DNA from: Eukaryota sp. TZLM1-RC
Lineage: Eukaryota; Protista; Metamonada: BaSk clade
Length of the DNA stretch: 64,000 nt
Direction: 5' to 3'
NCBI GenBank assembly: GCA_040285825.1
Contig: JAUPSS010000003.1
Location: 2,976,001 to 3,040,000, forward strand
The position numbers were made by a program, and so were the translations under genes. The first letter of the stretch is position 1. Each line of letters opens with the position of its first letter. The notes beneath the pieces are model-generated. The model did not search any database and was not told the DNA's origin. It was given only the letters and a program-made list of their open reading frames with translations. Of this stretch, positions 12,020 through 24,179 are shown in pieces.

Positions 12020-12544
12020 TCATTATTCCTTTCTCCTTTCTATTCTCCAAATACCATGGCCTGGTAGCAAACATTTCTGTATTTGAATACATTTCCCCTG
12101 ATAATGCTTATGATGAAGTGGAATATTCGAGAGGACGCCTACATGCCATATGTGACTTTTATTCATATGGATGAATGCTGAAATAGTGAAAATGATGGAA
12201 GAGATGGAGGAAATTGCAGAGGCAGTCAACGAGCAGGACCAAGTAGAAGATTATTCAGTGGATGAAGAAGTCATACCGATCCTTGTTATTTCAGAAATCT
12301 TTATGTTTCGGAGGACATTGAGGAGGAATGACATGATTTCAAATGCGTTTTTCTTTCGATAATCGAGTTATGTGTTTAGTATTAGTTTGTAAAAATCAAC
12401 ATGTTTTATTCATAATGATTTGACAATAACAGCATTTTATAGGCTAAAAAATACACCACCATGTGGTCCAATTTTACCACCATGTGGACCACGCGGTGGC
12501 ACATGGTGGTTGGTGCGACCGCGTGGTCAAAATTCCGAACACTG
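12020..12544 (+). mobile_element. Probable hAT DNA transposon 3' end with terminal repeat and subterminal repeats
   Basis: Ends ...CCGAACACTG (reads CAGTGTTCGG inward). CCACCATGTG-type repeats occur in both orientations at 12455-12530. The upstream peptide SPDNAYDEVEYS weakly resembles the hAT dimerisation motif. Confidence 0.55.
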
Positions 12545-12649
12545 GTTAGATTTGTATACTCATGGTTTATCAAACAAGTCATGAAATTTCATAAGAATTG
12601 GTCTTAATTGGTTAGATTGAGACATATTGTGACGGATCAGGTTGTGCAT

Positions 12650-14290
12650 CTGTCTCAATGTGATTTAGAAATGTAGTGCTGGAACAATCACATCTTAAAA
12701 CTTAACCAAAAATCTTAACTAATGTTTTTACCTATTCAAACCCCATCAATTGAATGACCGGAGGATTTGCTCGTTCACTTGTATAGCAACTCGCTTGTTA
12801 TAAAACCCGTAATTCTATTCAAAATGGAGTTAATATAACGAGAACGAGTTTTCAATAACGAAAAAATGATATTGTTCTTCCAAATCAAAAAATGGAAGGT
12901 ACGACCACTTTCTTTGAGAAGTTTTCCTAAATCATCTATAAAATTGAGACCTTCAGTTCCAATGGTAGCAGAAACTGAAATAGCAATCGGGACAAATTTG
13001 ATGTTTCTGTCTCCTGTACCATTGAGATGTCGTAGAAAGGCTTCGTATTTTGATTTCTTACAAAGCTCTGCAACTTTGAGTTAATGTTGAATGTCAGAAT
13101 TGGAATTTTTTTCCACGGAGATACGGTAATACAATCAATAATTAGTTCAGTTCGAACATATCATGCACATTGAATGTCATCTCGTTTTTGGCTCAAACTG
13201 AAATTTATTTCATCAAAAAGAGGTTCTAAATGAACTGGCTGATGAGCACATTTTAACAGATCACAAATTTAATCACGAACTGCGTTGTGGATAATTGATC
13301 ATTTTGGAGTAAATTTACAGCAGTAAATAATGCGATCAAAAGAACCGTAAGCACCACATTTACAGCTCATATTTGATAACTATTGAAAAGAAGATAGATT
13401 AAGTCTAGTTCGCATGACTGTCAAAAATTGATGAGCTGAAATCAGCAGTCCAAAAAGGCGAGGAACCTGTGTTATCCAACAGGAAGAACTATTTCGAAAA
13501 AATTCACATTGCACAAAGAAGACAAAAATAATTTCAAAAAAAATCAACGGAGTTGCTAGTCATGTTAATTTGGTTGTTCAGTGATTCTGCTTTTAAATAA
13601 TTAATAATGTTTTTCTGTAGTTTGGGAACAGTTCTTAAAAAGTCTGGTAAATCTTTACTTTTAATTGAGGTAAGGTCAACTTATGCAGAAAATAATGATT
13701 TCCAGATGTCATTAAAACTATTGTATAGGAAGGTACGTAAAAAATTTATTGCACCTGAAGAAGAGTTATACACTCAATTAATTTATTGATGTGGAAACCT
13801 CAAAGCAAGTTTATACAGAAAATTCATGATTCCACCTAATAACGTAACATTTGATAAAGTGAATGAATGTGTTAGGCGAATACCACTATGCTTGTGCGAT
13901 CTAAAAGCAAGAAGCGGAATATTATTGATGTTAAGTACTGAACCCAAAAAAGTGAGTTCTTTCAGTCAAATACTGTTTGACAAAATGAGTGGTCAAATTC
14001 GGAGAAATGGAACGAATTAAGTGGTTACTTTTTGAACCAAAACATAACTGATAAACCTGAAATTTGACATGTTTCTTCAAAGGCAAATTTTGAATTTGTT
14101 CGAGTTCAGAAAAAGCTGTTTCAACTTTTTGTTTCAGTGACTGAGCAATACGTTCATCATAACCTATCAATGTTCCCAATGATTCAAAACAATCATCATA
14201 ATTTATAAATGACAATTCGATTCCTTCAAAAGAGATAAAGTTATTATTATGTGATTTATAAAATTGAGACAAATTTCCGATCACTGTTTC
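12650..14290 (-). mobile_element. CRE-like non-LTR element, 5'-truncated and decayed; same family as 25620-27033 plus 29147-29250
   Basis: CFGSKSNHLIRSISPNLTTHFVKQYLT and IIHNAVRD are shared; long nucleotide match in inverted orientation. Confidence 0.85.
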
Positions 14291-15105
14291 TCACAATTGA
14301 TCAGAAAAATTTCACATCTCCTGAATTAACAAATGTACAAAATTGTACACAATCTGGTGGTTAATGAGATTATATTTGAATATCCCCAGTAATCAATTGT
14401 TATCAAAAGAAAAATGTATTTGTTCGAATTCAGCTCAACTCACTTTGCGCCATGCTCTGAATTGCTCTAAATTGATAACTTATCGTTCTTCATTACATGA
14501 TGCTGTTAGAGACACTGTTTTTAATATGGCACAAACTGCAAGAATAGCGTGTATCAAAGAGCCTCTGCTGAAGGAAACACTTTTTCTGAATAATTTTGGT
14601 TCTGATGATAGAGGTGATGTATACTGTGATTGGATTGATAATTCTGAAGCTATTGTTGACTTTGTCTCATGTAATGTTGCAAATGATACTTTGGTTCACA
14701 GAAGTAAACTTAATCCTGTGGCTGCTCTGGATTTTAAAGCAAAAGAGAAACATAGAAAATATGATAAAGATATTGAAGAGGCTAATGCCGATAGAAATAC
14801 AGAGCTGGTTTTTATTGCTTTCCCATTTTCGATAAATACAAGATTATCAGATGAAGCAGAAACTTTTTTGAATGACTTCCAAAAAATGGTGCAAGAAAAA
14901 ACAATGAAAAGATTTGATATTTTTTATGGCGTTCACGGATTCAATTTGCCATTATTAATAGATTACCTCGGATTTTCAATCGAATAAGAGAAGCTTTAGC
15001 TAGACAGCAAGCAGATCAAGATTTTGTGGAGGGAATTTTGGTTCAATGATAGTCGTCCCATTAGTTATGAGTTAATTTAATTAAGTGTGCAAATTCAACA
15101 AATAA
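14290..15105 (+). mobile_element. CRE-like non-LTR 3' half (CCHC plus RLE), family 'RGDVYCDW'
   Basis: CIC...HALNC...HDAVRD zinc knuckle, RGD...D...KxKxK PD-(D/E)XK-type endonuclease, A-rich 3' end. Confidence 0.88.
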
Positions 15106-15157
15106 TTTTATCTGGTGGTATAATTGGTGATATAATATAAAAAAGTGTAAAAATTTA

Positions 15158-15229
15158 CTCGGTCACGGGGAATCGAACCCCGGCCTCCCGCGTGACAGGC
15201 GGGGATACTCACCACTATACTATGACCGA
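15158..15229 (-). tRNA. tRNA-Asp(GTC)
   Basis: TCGGTCATAGTATAGTGGTGAGTATCCCCGCCTGTCACGCGGGAGGCCGGGGTTCGATTCCCCGTGACCGAG forms a full cloverleaf. Confidence 0.96.
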
Positions 15230-15244
15230 TTTATTAAAACAAAT

Positions 15245-15648
15245 TCATTGTTTCTTCTTGAATTATTTTTTTGGAAATCATTCAAAATAGTTCCTGCTTC
15301 TATTAATAGTCTGCCGTTTATCGAAAATGGGAAAGCAATAAAAAAGTGGTCTATTTCTATTAGCATTAGTTTCTTTGATAACTTTGTCATTTTTTCTGGG
15401 TTTTTCTTTGGCCTTAAATTCAAGAGCACTAACATGATTAATTTTTCTTATTTGCACCAAAGTGTCATTTGCAGCATAACAGGAGACAAAGTCAACAATA
15501 GCTTCAGAGTTATCAATCCAATCACAGTATACATCACCTCTATCATCAGAACCAAAATTATTCAGAGAAAGTGGTTCTTTCAGCAGAGGCTCTTTCATAC
15601 ACGACATTCTTGCAATTTGTGCCATATTGAAACCAGTGTCTCTTAACA
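15245..15648 (-). mobile_element. CRE-like RLE fragment, family 'RGDVYCDW'
   Basis: Inverted copy of ~14505-14905. Confidence 0.85.
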
Positions 15649-16250
15649 ATGTCCATTAATGGTATTCAGAAAAAATTCTATGAATCAGAATAGGATCTTT
15701 TGTGTTTAATCATTACCAAGCAATAATTTCCATTCTCTGAATATTACTCCTTAATCTATAATTATACAGACTATTCTGATAATCATTTGCATAACATTGA
15801 ATAGAACTATTGACAGCAAGCTTGCTCAACTCAATAAAAAGTAACTCTGGCCAATTGGATAAGATCATATCCCATGAAATTGATTATGAAAATAGTAATA
15901 ATAACTCTCTGTAAACACAGTCAAAATTGTTCAAAATGTTTGTACAAACACATCATAACAACTTGGTTACTTCAAAAGTCTTTGGACGTTTGCTTTAGAG
16001 TTTATCCCTCGTGCCTGGTTACAAGATGAACGGTAGTGTAGTGGTTATTGATGACTGCTTTTGACAGACTAGATGGTGGAATATTGATTTATATAAACTA
16101 TTATAGAATTAAACTCTATTATGAATGTCAAATTAGACAATATGTATCAAAACATTCTACAACACACCAAGAAAAAGATATCTTCAAAAGATATCTGCGA
16201 ATGACCCTTATTAAAACAAATCCACTAGCTGTAGTGTTCAATCTACAGCA

Positions 16251-16607
16251 ATGTCATCAAAGAAGCAACAATCTCAAAACCTCCAATTCTACGAAGGTGG
16301 AACTATTCTTCCATTTAACCTGGGCAAATGTCCAAAGGGAGGATGTTTGATTGATATGAACAACCAGTCGATAGCCAAGCATGATTTAAGCCCTGAAGAA
16401 AGAGAACGATACAGAGAAGTCAAGTTTGTTGGCAAAGAAGAAGGTCCTGGTCACCACGTCTATCCAGGAGGAAGGATCTTGCCCCAGAAATATGGTGGTG
16501 GAAAAGCACCCCCTGGTGGAGTTGACGTAGATGAAGAAGGCAACATCACTATTCTAGATGCTGAGAAGGCTCGACAGGCCGGCTATGAATTTGAAGAAGC
16601 TGAATAG
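16251..16607 (+). CDS. Orphan 118-aa protein with an internal Gly/Pro repeat
   Basis: Uninterrupted ATG-TAG ORF, more GC-rich than its flanks, with repeat YEGGTILP..KCPKGG / YPGGRILP..KAPPGG. AATAAA follows the stop. Confidence 0.7.
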   Translation: MSSKKQQSQNLQFYEGGTILPFNLGKCPKGGCLIDMNNQSIAKHDLSPEERERYREVKFVGKEEGPGHHVYPGGRILPQKYGGGKAPPGGVDVDEEGNITILDAEKARQAGYEFEEAE

Positions 16608-16624
16608 ATGTAAATAAATCAATA

Positions 16625-17500
16625 TCAACAGAGCTTAGTATATTGACTTAGTGTGACTAAGATTAATAATCCCGTCTTTGCTGCCTTTTTATCAGACATT
16701 CAGAACTGTACTAGTTTAATATCTCAGCAACCAAGGCCATTTGGTCTTCACTTAACAAATGAAGCTTGGAAACAAAACATGCGGTTGAGATTAGGGATGT
16801 ATCCAAGTAGTCGGTTGGACAATTCTTATTGTATTTGTAACAAAAAAACCTACTGCCAATTTCCGTCATATTGTGAACTGTAAGAAATTTCTCCAATATA
16901 GGCCAGTTCTTCATAATGCCGTTCGTGATGTGACATATGAGATGTTCAAGTGTTACAATTTTACTTGCAAAGTAGAACCTTTGTTGAAGCATTATAGTGA
17001 TGATAATCTGTTTAATTCACGTCGAAGTGATTTAATTGCTCCTTTTGTGGATTCCTCTCAAGTTGTTGTTGATTTCACTACAGTTGATCCCTTTGCTTTT
17101 GTTTATCGCGATGATGTTTTACTTAGTAATTATGGTCATTTAAACAAGGCTGAAGATCGTAAGAGAGATAAATATACTGAGATATTAAATGATTTAAATA
17201 AGAAGCTTTATTCGAAGTTTTCGTTTGTTTCTTTTGCCTTTTCGATTTTTGGCAACATTGGACAATCCGCCTTGAATTTCATCAATGATTTTGGTAATTT
17301 ATGTCGTTCAAGTGGTAAGAATTTTGCAGAGAATTTATGGAAAAATCGTATCATTTTCGCTTTGTACAGAAGTGTTCCCAAAAACTTGAGTTTAATGATG
17401 TGCAAACTTTATAAGGATTCATCAAGAGTTGGCGTGGAGAATTTAGTTTCTTATGTGTTTTAGTTTGTTTTGTTTTTATTTGATTCTTCGTAGAAAAAAA
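16625..17500 (+). mobile_element. CRE-like non-LTR 3' half, family 'RRSDLIAP'
   Basis: MRLRLG...CIC...HNAVRD...RRSD...VVVDFTTVDP...AEDRKRDKY...FSIFG; short 3' UTR and A tail. Confidence 0.88.
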
Positions 17501-17559
17501 ATACAGATATCGACAGAATGAAAAATTAAAATAGAGGGATTCATACAAAGACTTTTTTT

Positions 17560-18397
17560 AAACTTACACACTCGACAAAATAAACTCATAACTAATGGGA
17601 CGAAATTCATTGAACCAAGACTTCCTCTACAAAATCTTGATCCGTTTGTTGTCTCGTTAAGGCTCTCTAATTCGATTGAAATATGGAGGCAATCTATTAA
17701 TAATGCAAATTGAATTCGAGAGCGTTATAAAAAGATATCAAATCTTTTTTTCATTGTTTAAATTGATAACTTTTCGTTCTTCATTACATGATGTTGTTAG
17801 AGACACTCTTTTTATATGGCACGAAATGCAAGAATCTCCTGTATCACAGAGCCTCTGCTGAAAGAAACACTGTCATTGAATAATTTGGGTTCTGATGACA
17901 GAGGTGTTATATACTGTGATTGGATTGAAAACTCTGAAGCTGTTGTTGACCTTGTCTCCTGTAATGCTGCAAAAGACACTTTGGTGCAAATAAGAAAAAT
18001 TAATCCTGTTAGTGCTCTTGAATTTAAGGCCAAAGTAAAACATTGAAAATATGACAAGGATATCGAAGAAACTAATGCTGATAGAAATAGACCACTTTTT
18101 TATTACTTTCCCATTTTCGATAAACGGCAGACTATCAATAGAAACAGGAACTTTTTTGAATGACTTCCAAAAAATGGTTCAAGCAAAAACAATGAAAAGA
18201 TTTGATAATTTTTTATGGCGTTCATGGATTCAATTTGCCATTATTTATAGATTACCTCGGTTTTTCACTCGAATTAGAAAAGCTTTAGCTAGACAGCAAG
18301 CAGATCAAGATTTTGTAGAGGAAATCTTGGTTCATCGATAGTCGTCCCATTAGTTATGAGTTAATTTAATTAAGTGTGCAAATTCAATAAATAAAAT
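17560..18397. mobile_element. Two 'RGDVYCDW'-family pieces: a 3' tip on minus (~17560-17720) and an RLE/3' end on plus (~17755-18397)
   Basis: The plus piece is near-identical to 14465-15105 and ends AATAAATAAAA. Confidence 0.85.
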
Positions 18398-18398
18398 A

Positions 18399-18673
18399 GT
18401 TTTTTAATAATAAAAGAAGTAAATGTGTTCTATACCTACCCCATATTCCAAAGCTTCAATTTCGTGTACTTCAAACCTTCTTTCAGCAACCACGATACAC
18501 AACAGCTCCCAAATTCAGGGCGAGAATGTATACTGAGGAAGATTACAACCGGAACCAAATGATAGAGTCTAACAAACTAACAATTGAAAATGCAAACACC
18601 GAATTATCCGTGTTTGCTGCCAATTGAGCATCTTTTATAGATTTTTGCAACTTTGTGGTTGTCAAACTTCGGC
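18399..18673 (+). pseudogene. Fanzor fragment, near-identical copy of ~62141-62415
   Basis: Direct nucleotide match over ~275 bp to the Fanzor relic at 62140-62943. Confidence 0.85.
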
Positions 18674-19603
18674 CATTTCAAAATTCATCCATTTTATCAA
18701 ATGCTGCATTGATAATTTTTTGCACTTGGATAATTATCATCAATAAAACTAATCAGTCACAAATTGTTTAAAACATACCGATAAGGACCATATTTTATGA
18801 GGTTTCATGAGTTGTTTGATAAACCATGACATTCCAAAAAAAGTATAGACCATTCAAACTGATTGATAATCTTATTTAGATAGGAATGAGTTTGTCAACT
18901 CAAGGGTAAAAATACTATTCATACAGATGGTAACATAAAACAAACAGAGATCAACACTTATTTCTCATATTCATCACTTCTACAAACACTTCTTCATATA
19001 TTCTCGTTTTTTTTTATAAAAAACCAACACTTAGTCAGATCTAATCAGAACTAATTAGACAAAATTCATTAATCCAAGATTTCCTGTACATAAATCAGAG
19101 CTGATTGTGTCTCGCCGTTGATACTCCAATTCGATAATAAACTTATCACATTCCAAAAAATTTTGAAATTATGTGATACAACTGCTTCCGATAATGTCGG
19201 TTTCAAAATGATTATGAGCGTTGGTGACGATTAAAAAGAGTTCGATGAACTTTACTCATGCCAAAGTGAACTCCTGTGATTTTAAGGTTATTGTGTTAAG
19301 TGTTGTAGTTGAACAAAAATCTTAATAGTTAAATTGAAGAATTGTCGCACAATTGAATCAAAAATACTAGAGCGTTTTTTCCATTTGAGATACAGGGATG
19401 TTTGATTCAGGAATATTACTTTATGTGATTTCTTCATTTATCTTCTGATCAAATTTATGAGGATTGTTTAAAAATTGTCATTTATTCGTAATCACAGCAC
19501 AAAATTCTCTTCTGTATTGAAGGAAAATAAATAAAAGAAAGAAAAGTATCAACATTTAATAATTGAAAAAAGCTAAAATGTTTACAAAAACAAGACTAAA
19601 ACA

Positions 19604-21186
19604 CTAGTCCACCAAAGCTACGATATTTCTATAGACACCAACAACTCCAATAAAAACCCCTCCAATAATACAACACAGAGCGCCAAGAATTCCAAAAGAA
19701 ATACCATGATCTTTTTGGTGGTCAACAGCACCAAAATCAGAATTTCTCAACTTGAAAAACAATATTGGGGGTAAAATATAAGAAAGCATTACACCAAATG
19801 TTGAGCCGAGGAAACCAAGAATGATGGACAAATCATCAAAAAGTAATGAGCAGCCAAAAGGTGCGAGAAAAAGAAAAACTGTAACGGGATAGTGTAATAT
19901 TGGTCCCTTTTTATCAGAAAAGAACAACAAAATAGCTTTTCTGACGGGATACTGAATCAGAGGGTAACTAAACGAAATCACCATTGACATGCAGACCATA
20001 GACATCATCAACAGGAAACTTCCTTCTTCATAGGCATTAATGAGATTAGAAGTTGTACCAGTCAAAAAAGCAAAATACCCCAAACTTCCACACAAGGCGT
20101 AAAAGATAAAGTTAATCGATACAGCACTGATAATCACTCTAAACATTCTTTTAACTGTTCGTTGTTGAAGCTCTTGATAGAGACGTAGTACCCCCAAATG
20201 AGCACTAAAGGCGAGAGAAATTACAGGGATAACCCTAAAGACATCAAAGGAAAAATTAAACCAAACAGCTTGAGAAATTTGATCTACAAACCCATTGCGA
20301 GTTACCGTAATAACGAATTGGACTCCTATTCCAACAACAGTGACGATTATACCTAAAAGGGCAATTGCTGACGTGAACCCCAAAGAGTCCATATTACGCA
20401 GGCAACACAAGGGAAAAACCAAAACCAAAGCTGTGGCAAAGGTAATGAATGAGTTTGAACCAAAAAAGCCTTCAGAGGGTAGGGTAACTCCAACCAAATT
20501 GAACAAAGACCGAAAGATCACAGGGAAGAAATCTCCTAGAATATTCCAATAGGCCACAAGTAAACCAAATCCATAAGAGGCGATCATGACGTCAACGACT
20601 TTTGAAAGATTTTGACCTAATGCACGTGCTGCCACGTGACGATACGAATACCTTCTGGCTAATTTCCCATTCAACACCATTAGTCGAAGTGTGTATGAGG
20701 AGAGCCAACCGACTATGAGCATAAGGATAGAACCCAAACCAACACCAGCTACCGAAAACACAAACGACATAGATAAGACACCGGCACCTAGGGTTAAATG
20801 AAAAAAAGCATACCAATCATGTTGTTGGTGAGGTTGGCAACAGAGGCACGTGGAGTTTTGCCTTGGGGAATGCTGGCTTCAACAGATACTTCAGTAGGTT
20901 CACAGTCAGGAAGAGATGTTTCTACAATTTTGTCTGGTGTATCATCAAGTTGATGCATGATGGATGGTAAACGGGGAAGTGACTTTCCAGCAAAGAACTG
21001 ATTGAGGGAACGGGGAATGGAAAACCTTCCAACAAGTGTTTCGTTCCGCCGAATGCCAAGACGAGGGGGAGAGCGTGGAGTGGATTGTGAAGGATTATTC
21101 GTAGAAGGTTGAAGTTCAGATTCGACACGAACTATACCATCTTGATTAGACAGTGACGGTTCTGCAGCATCCTGTGAGGAGGTCAT
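19604..21186 (-). CDS. Amino-acid transporter (AAAP/SLC38/AVT family), one 26-nt intron at 20788-20813
   Basis: Splicing GTATGC...TTAACCCTAG restores NLTNNMIGAGVLSM. Many transmembrane segments; about 518 aa. Confidence 0.93.
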
Positions 21187-21320
21187 TAAGATAAGTCTTT
21201 GAGACAGGGTATTCAAAAAGGGTTTCAAAAAAGGGGAATTATGACCCTCATTTGACGTGTCTTGCAGGTTCTATACAAGCTTGATCATCACACTGTTTGG
21301 ATCCTCTTTTCTTAATCTAC

Positions 21321-21857
21321 ATGGTGAAGCACCATGAACCTCTCCAATTCTTTCTTGAAAAAGCTATATGTCAAATACTCTATGTAAGGAAGGTCTATCC
21401 ACAGGATATCTTTCAAGCAGAAAATTACTATGGTGTCCCTGTACATTATCCCAACTCTGAGAATCTGCAAACCTACATCACAAACGCTGTCACATCTGTC
21501 TTGTCACTACCTCGAGACAATGTGAATTGCATTGTTTTAACACTTACCGATGAACTAGATAGACCCGTTGAGTCTTTTGGATTTAATCTTTCTCCAAATT
21601 CTCACCCAGAAATTGGAACAAGTGAGGCTGAGATTAATTGTTTAGCCCAACTTCTACTTTTAGATGTATCTTCCCCTCCAGCCAAAGTATCTTCATTTGT
21701 ACTTCAAGTTGTTGGAGACTTTACGGTGGGAACTGATCTGTGGAGACCATCAACAAAGACTTCACATATAAGAAAGCCGGCCCCTTCGTCACTCAAGTCT
21801 GTTTACCTTGGTAATCATGTCTGCACAGTAATTCAAGATTGTGAGATTGTTCATTAG
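21321..21857 (+). CDS. REV7: HORMA-domain protein REV7/MAD2L2 (Pol zeta subunit)
   Basis: FLEKAICQILYVRKVYPQDIF...YGVPV...LQTYI...PVESFGF fits the Rev7 pattern. Confidence 0.85.
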   Translation: MVKHHEPLQFFLEKAICQILYVRKVYPQDIFQAENYYGVPVHYPNSENLQTYITNAVTSVLSLPRDNVNCIVLTLTDELDRPVESFGFNLSPNSHPEIGTSEAEINCLAQLLLLDVSSPPAKVSSFVLQVVGDFTVGTDLWRPSTKTSHIRKPAPSSLKSVYLGNHVCTVIQDCEIVH

Positions 21858-23284
21858 TTTTTTAATTTGAACATACCAGAATACTTGTGGTGATGATATT
21901 TTTTTCACTCATCTATGAAAAAGTCTGAGAGTTTTTTCTCTTTATTATCCTAGGCAATGGGTGTAATTCAAGCTGGTTTTTTCATAGTAACTCAGCTTCA
22001 CTAGTTTTTCCAGATTGGTTGACAATTTTTAGCACCCAAGAAGTTTTTGGCTTAAACATTTTTTGACCAAACACATGATTTAATAAAATTGGTTTGTGAT
22101 AAATTAATTTTAAAAACTATGTTTTTATAAACTTACACCATTACAATTTTTAAACAATAAATCCCATTTAAATACCAAATCTGTATGACAATTTACAATT
22201 TAAGCCAATTCGTTTGCATATAGGTCTTGGTGGAGTAGCAGTGGCTAATAGAGTGGCCACCTTGTTGAGAAGATCTTGGCAGCAAGATACACTGTTGAAA
22301 AAGAAGAAATGATGCAAATTTTCAATGGTGTTTGCTCAAATGTTATAAAAGTGGTTGTTCCTTTCTTTTTTGGTTTGGTTTACATCCTTCTACTTACTTA
22401 CATAAGTAAGAAGAAATGAATGCCAGTAACAAAGAATTTCAAAGAATTCTTAACAAAGAATTTTTGTATCTCAACATCAAATTCAGATCGACCATAAATG
22501 GATTAGTGCAAACGTTGTTTAGTCTTTATGGAAGCACTGCTCATAGTTGACATTAACAAAAGCCGAACTGAAAATATTGAAGGAAATGGAGAAACCAAAA
22601 CAAAAAAGAATCAGTTCGGATGTGACATAAGAATGGTTCAGTTCGATCACACTTCCCAGCTTTCATCTGTTTGAAAACAAATAGGGATTTGGGCAGATTA
22701 AGTCCAATTTGACGTGTCAGTATTTATTTATTTTAATCATTATTTAGAAAGTAGTTATTTATATATTGCTTTCTTTTCTTGTATGTCAACATGCGTTAAC
22801 ATTAAATATCTTCGCTCCGCTTCAAATCCCTTGAAACCCTTCTGCTTCATTATCGTTGAATTAATTTAGAGTGGTTATATTGAGCTTGATAGTATTTTCC
22901 TCTTTTGGATTTCGTAAATTGGGGTTCATGGTGAGTTATCTAATTCATACAGTAGTGATAAGATATAATTACTTCGAATTTCTCCTGATTCGATTAAGTA
23001 ATTGATGATATTTGGTCATGCATACTGCTTAAAGTTGTTAGTTTCACTGAGACAAATAACTTCCTGATTTATATCATACTTCGAGAAAGCACAATACATC
23101 CGTTTCGGGAACTGTTCTCCGATGAAGACCAATTAAACTGAAATTGGTCTATGAGCATGTTTGAGACAAAATACTGAATCTATTACAAAAAGCATGCATT
23201 GTAAAAGAGAAGAAGAAAAGATTTGGCACATGAGCAGAGATCTTGATTGAGTTACACATTTATATTTAGATTTATAGTAATTAT

Positions 23285-23902
23285 TTACACAGAAATTGAG
23301 CTAGATTCTATTACCTGGACACCAGCAGCCTCAAGTTCTTCAATAGTCTTGTGGTCATTTTCAGGAAAGACAGAAGCCGATGCATCCTTAATAACATAGG
23401 TCTTGTAACCCAAAGCTGCACAATCTTTAGCAGTAAACATTACACAAACATCAAAGGCAAGACCAACTATGTAGACTTCTTCTACATTGTTGTTTTTAAG
23501 CAGATCATTAAGTCCAGTATCATGACGTTTTTCTTGATCAAAGAAAGCACTATATGAATCCACCTCGAGATCCATGCCTTTCTTGATAAAATAAGATCCA
23601 GGGGGAACGTTGAGTTTGGGGTTAAGTTCAGAACCACGTGTATTCTGAACACAGTGTTGAGGCCACATAATTTGCTTTGTTCCAGAAGGCAGGGTTATTT
23701 CATCAAATGGCTGCTTGCCATGAGTATTTGCAAATGATACATGCTTTGGAGGATGCCAATCAAGAGAGATAACTGTCATAGGAAACTTTTTCTGAAGACT
23801 GTTGGTTTTTAGTGCTGCGGCATTACCACCATTGACAGCTAGGGATCCTCCTTCACAGAAATCGTTCTGAATATCAACAATGAGTAGGCACTTTGAAGGC
23901 AT
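23285..23902 (-). CDS. PNC1: Nicotinamidase/pyrazinamidase (isochorismatase family)
   Basis: LLIVDIQNDFCEGGSLAV, DWHP..HVSF, WPQHCVQ, KG...DSYSAF, GLAFDVCV. Confidence 0.95.
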   Translation of the reverse strand: MPSKCLLIVDIQNDFCEGGSLAVNGGNAAALKTNSLQKKFPMTVISLDWHPPKHVSFANTHGKQPFDEITLPSGTKQIMWPQHCVQNTRGSELNPKLNVPPGSYFIKKGMDLEVDSYSAFFDQEKRHDTGLNDLLKNNNVEEVYIVGLAFDVCVMFTAKDCAALGYKTYVIKDASASVFPENDHKTIEELEAAGVQVIESSSISV

Positions 23903-24179
23903 TTGACAAAACTCGATCGAAATTTTGTTTTCAATCACCAAAATAAGAGTAATCATTTGCATCGTACATGCTAGATATGGTTCATTTTATCAACACTGTT
24001 TGGATTCTAGATTCTAGTGGTTGCAAACAAGTAAAATCCTTTAAGTCAGAAACTGGTGTTATCTGTATATTGTGTCAGTAACGATAGACAAACTGCACTT
24101 GAAAACGAAACGAGCAAGATTGTTTTGCAAAATACATGTTTTAACATGAATGAATTGATCTATTCCACATTGAAACTTG

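Noticed and set aside
18390-18410. Fanzor as regular cargo of the CRE-like retrotransposon
   Set aside because: Other copies of that family (ending at 15105 and 48470) are not followed by Fanzor, and the 62-kb Fanzor copy has no CRE directly upstream.
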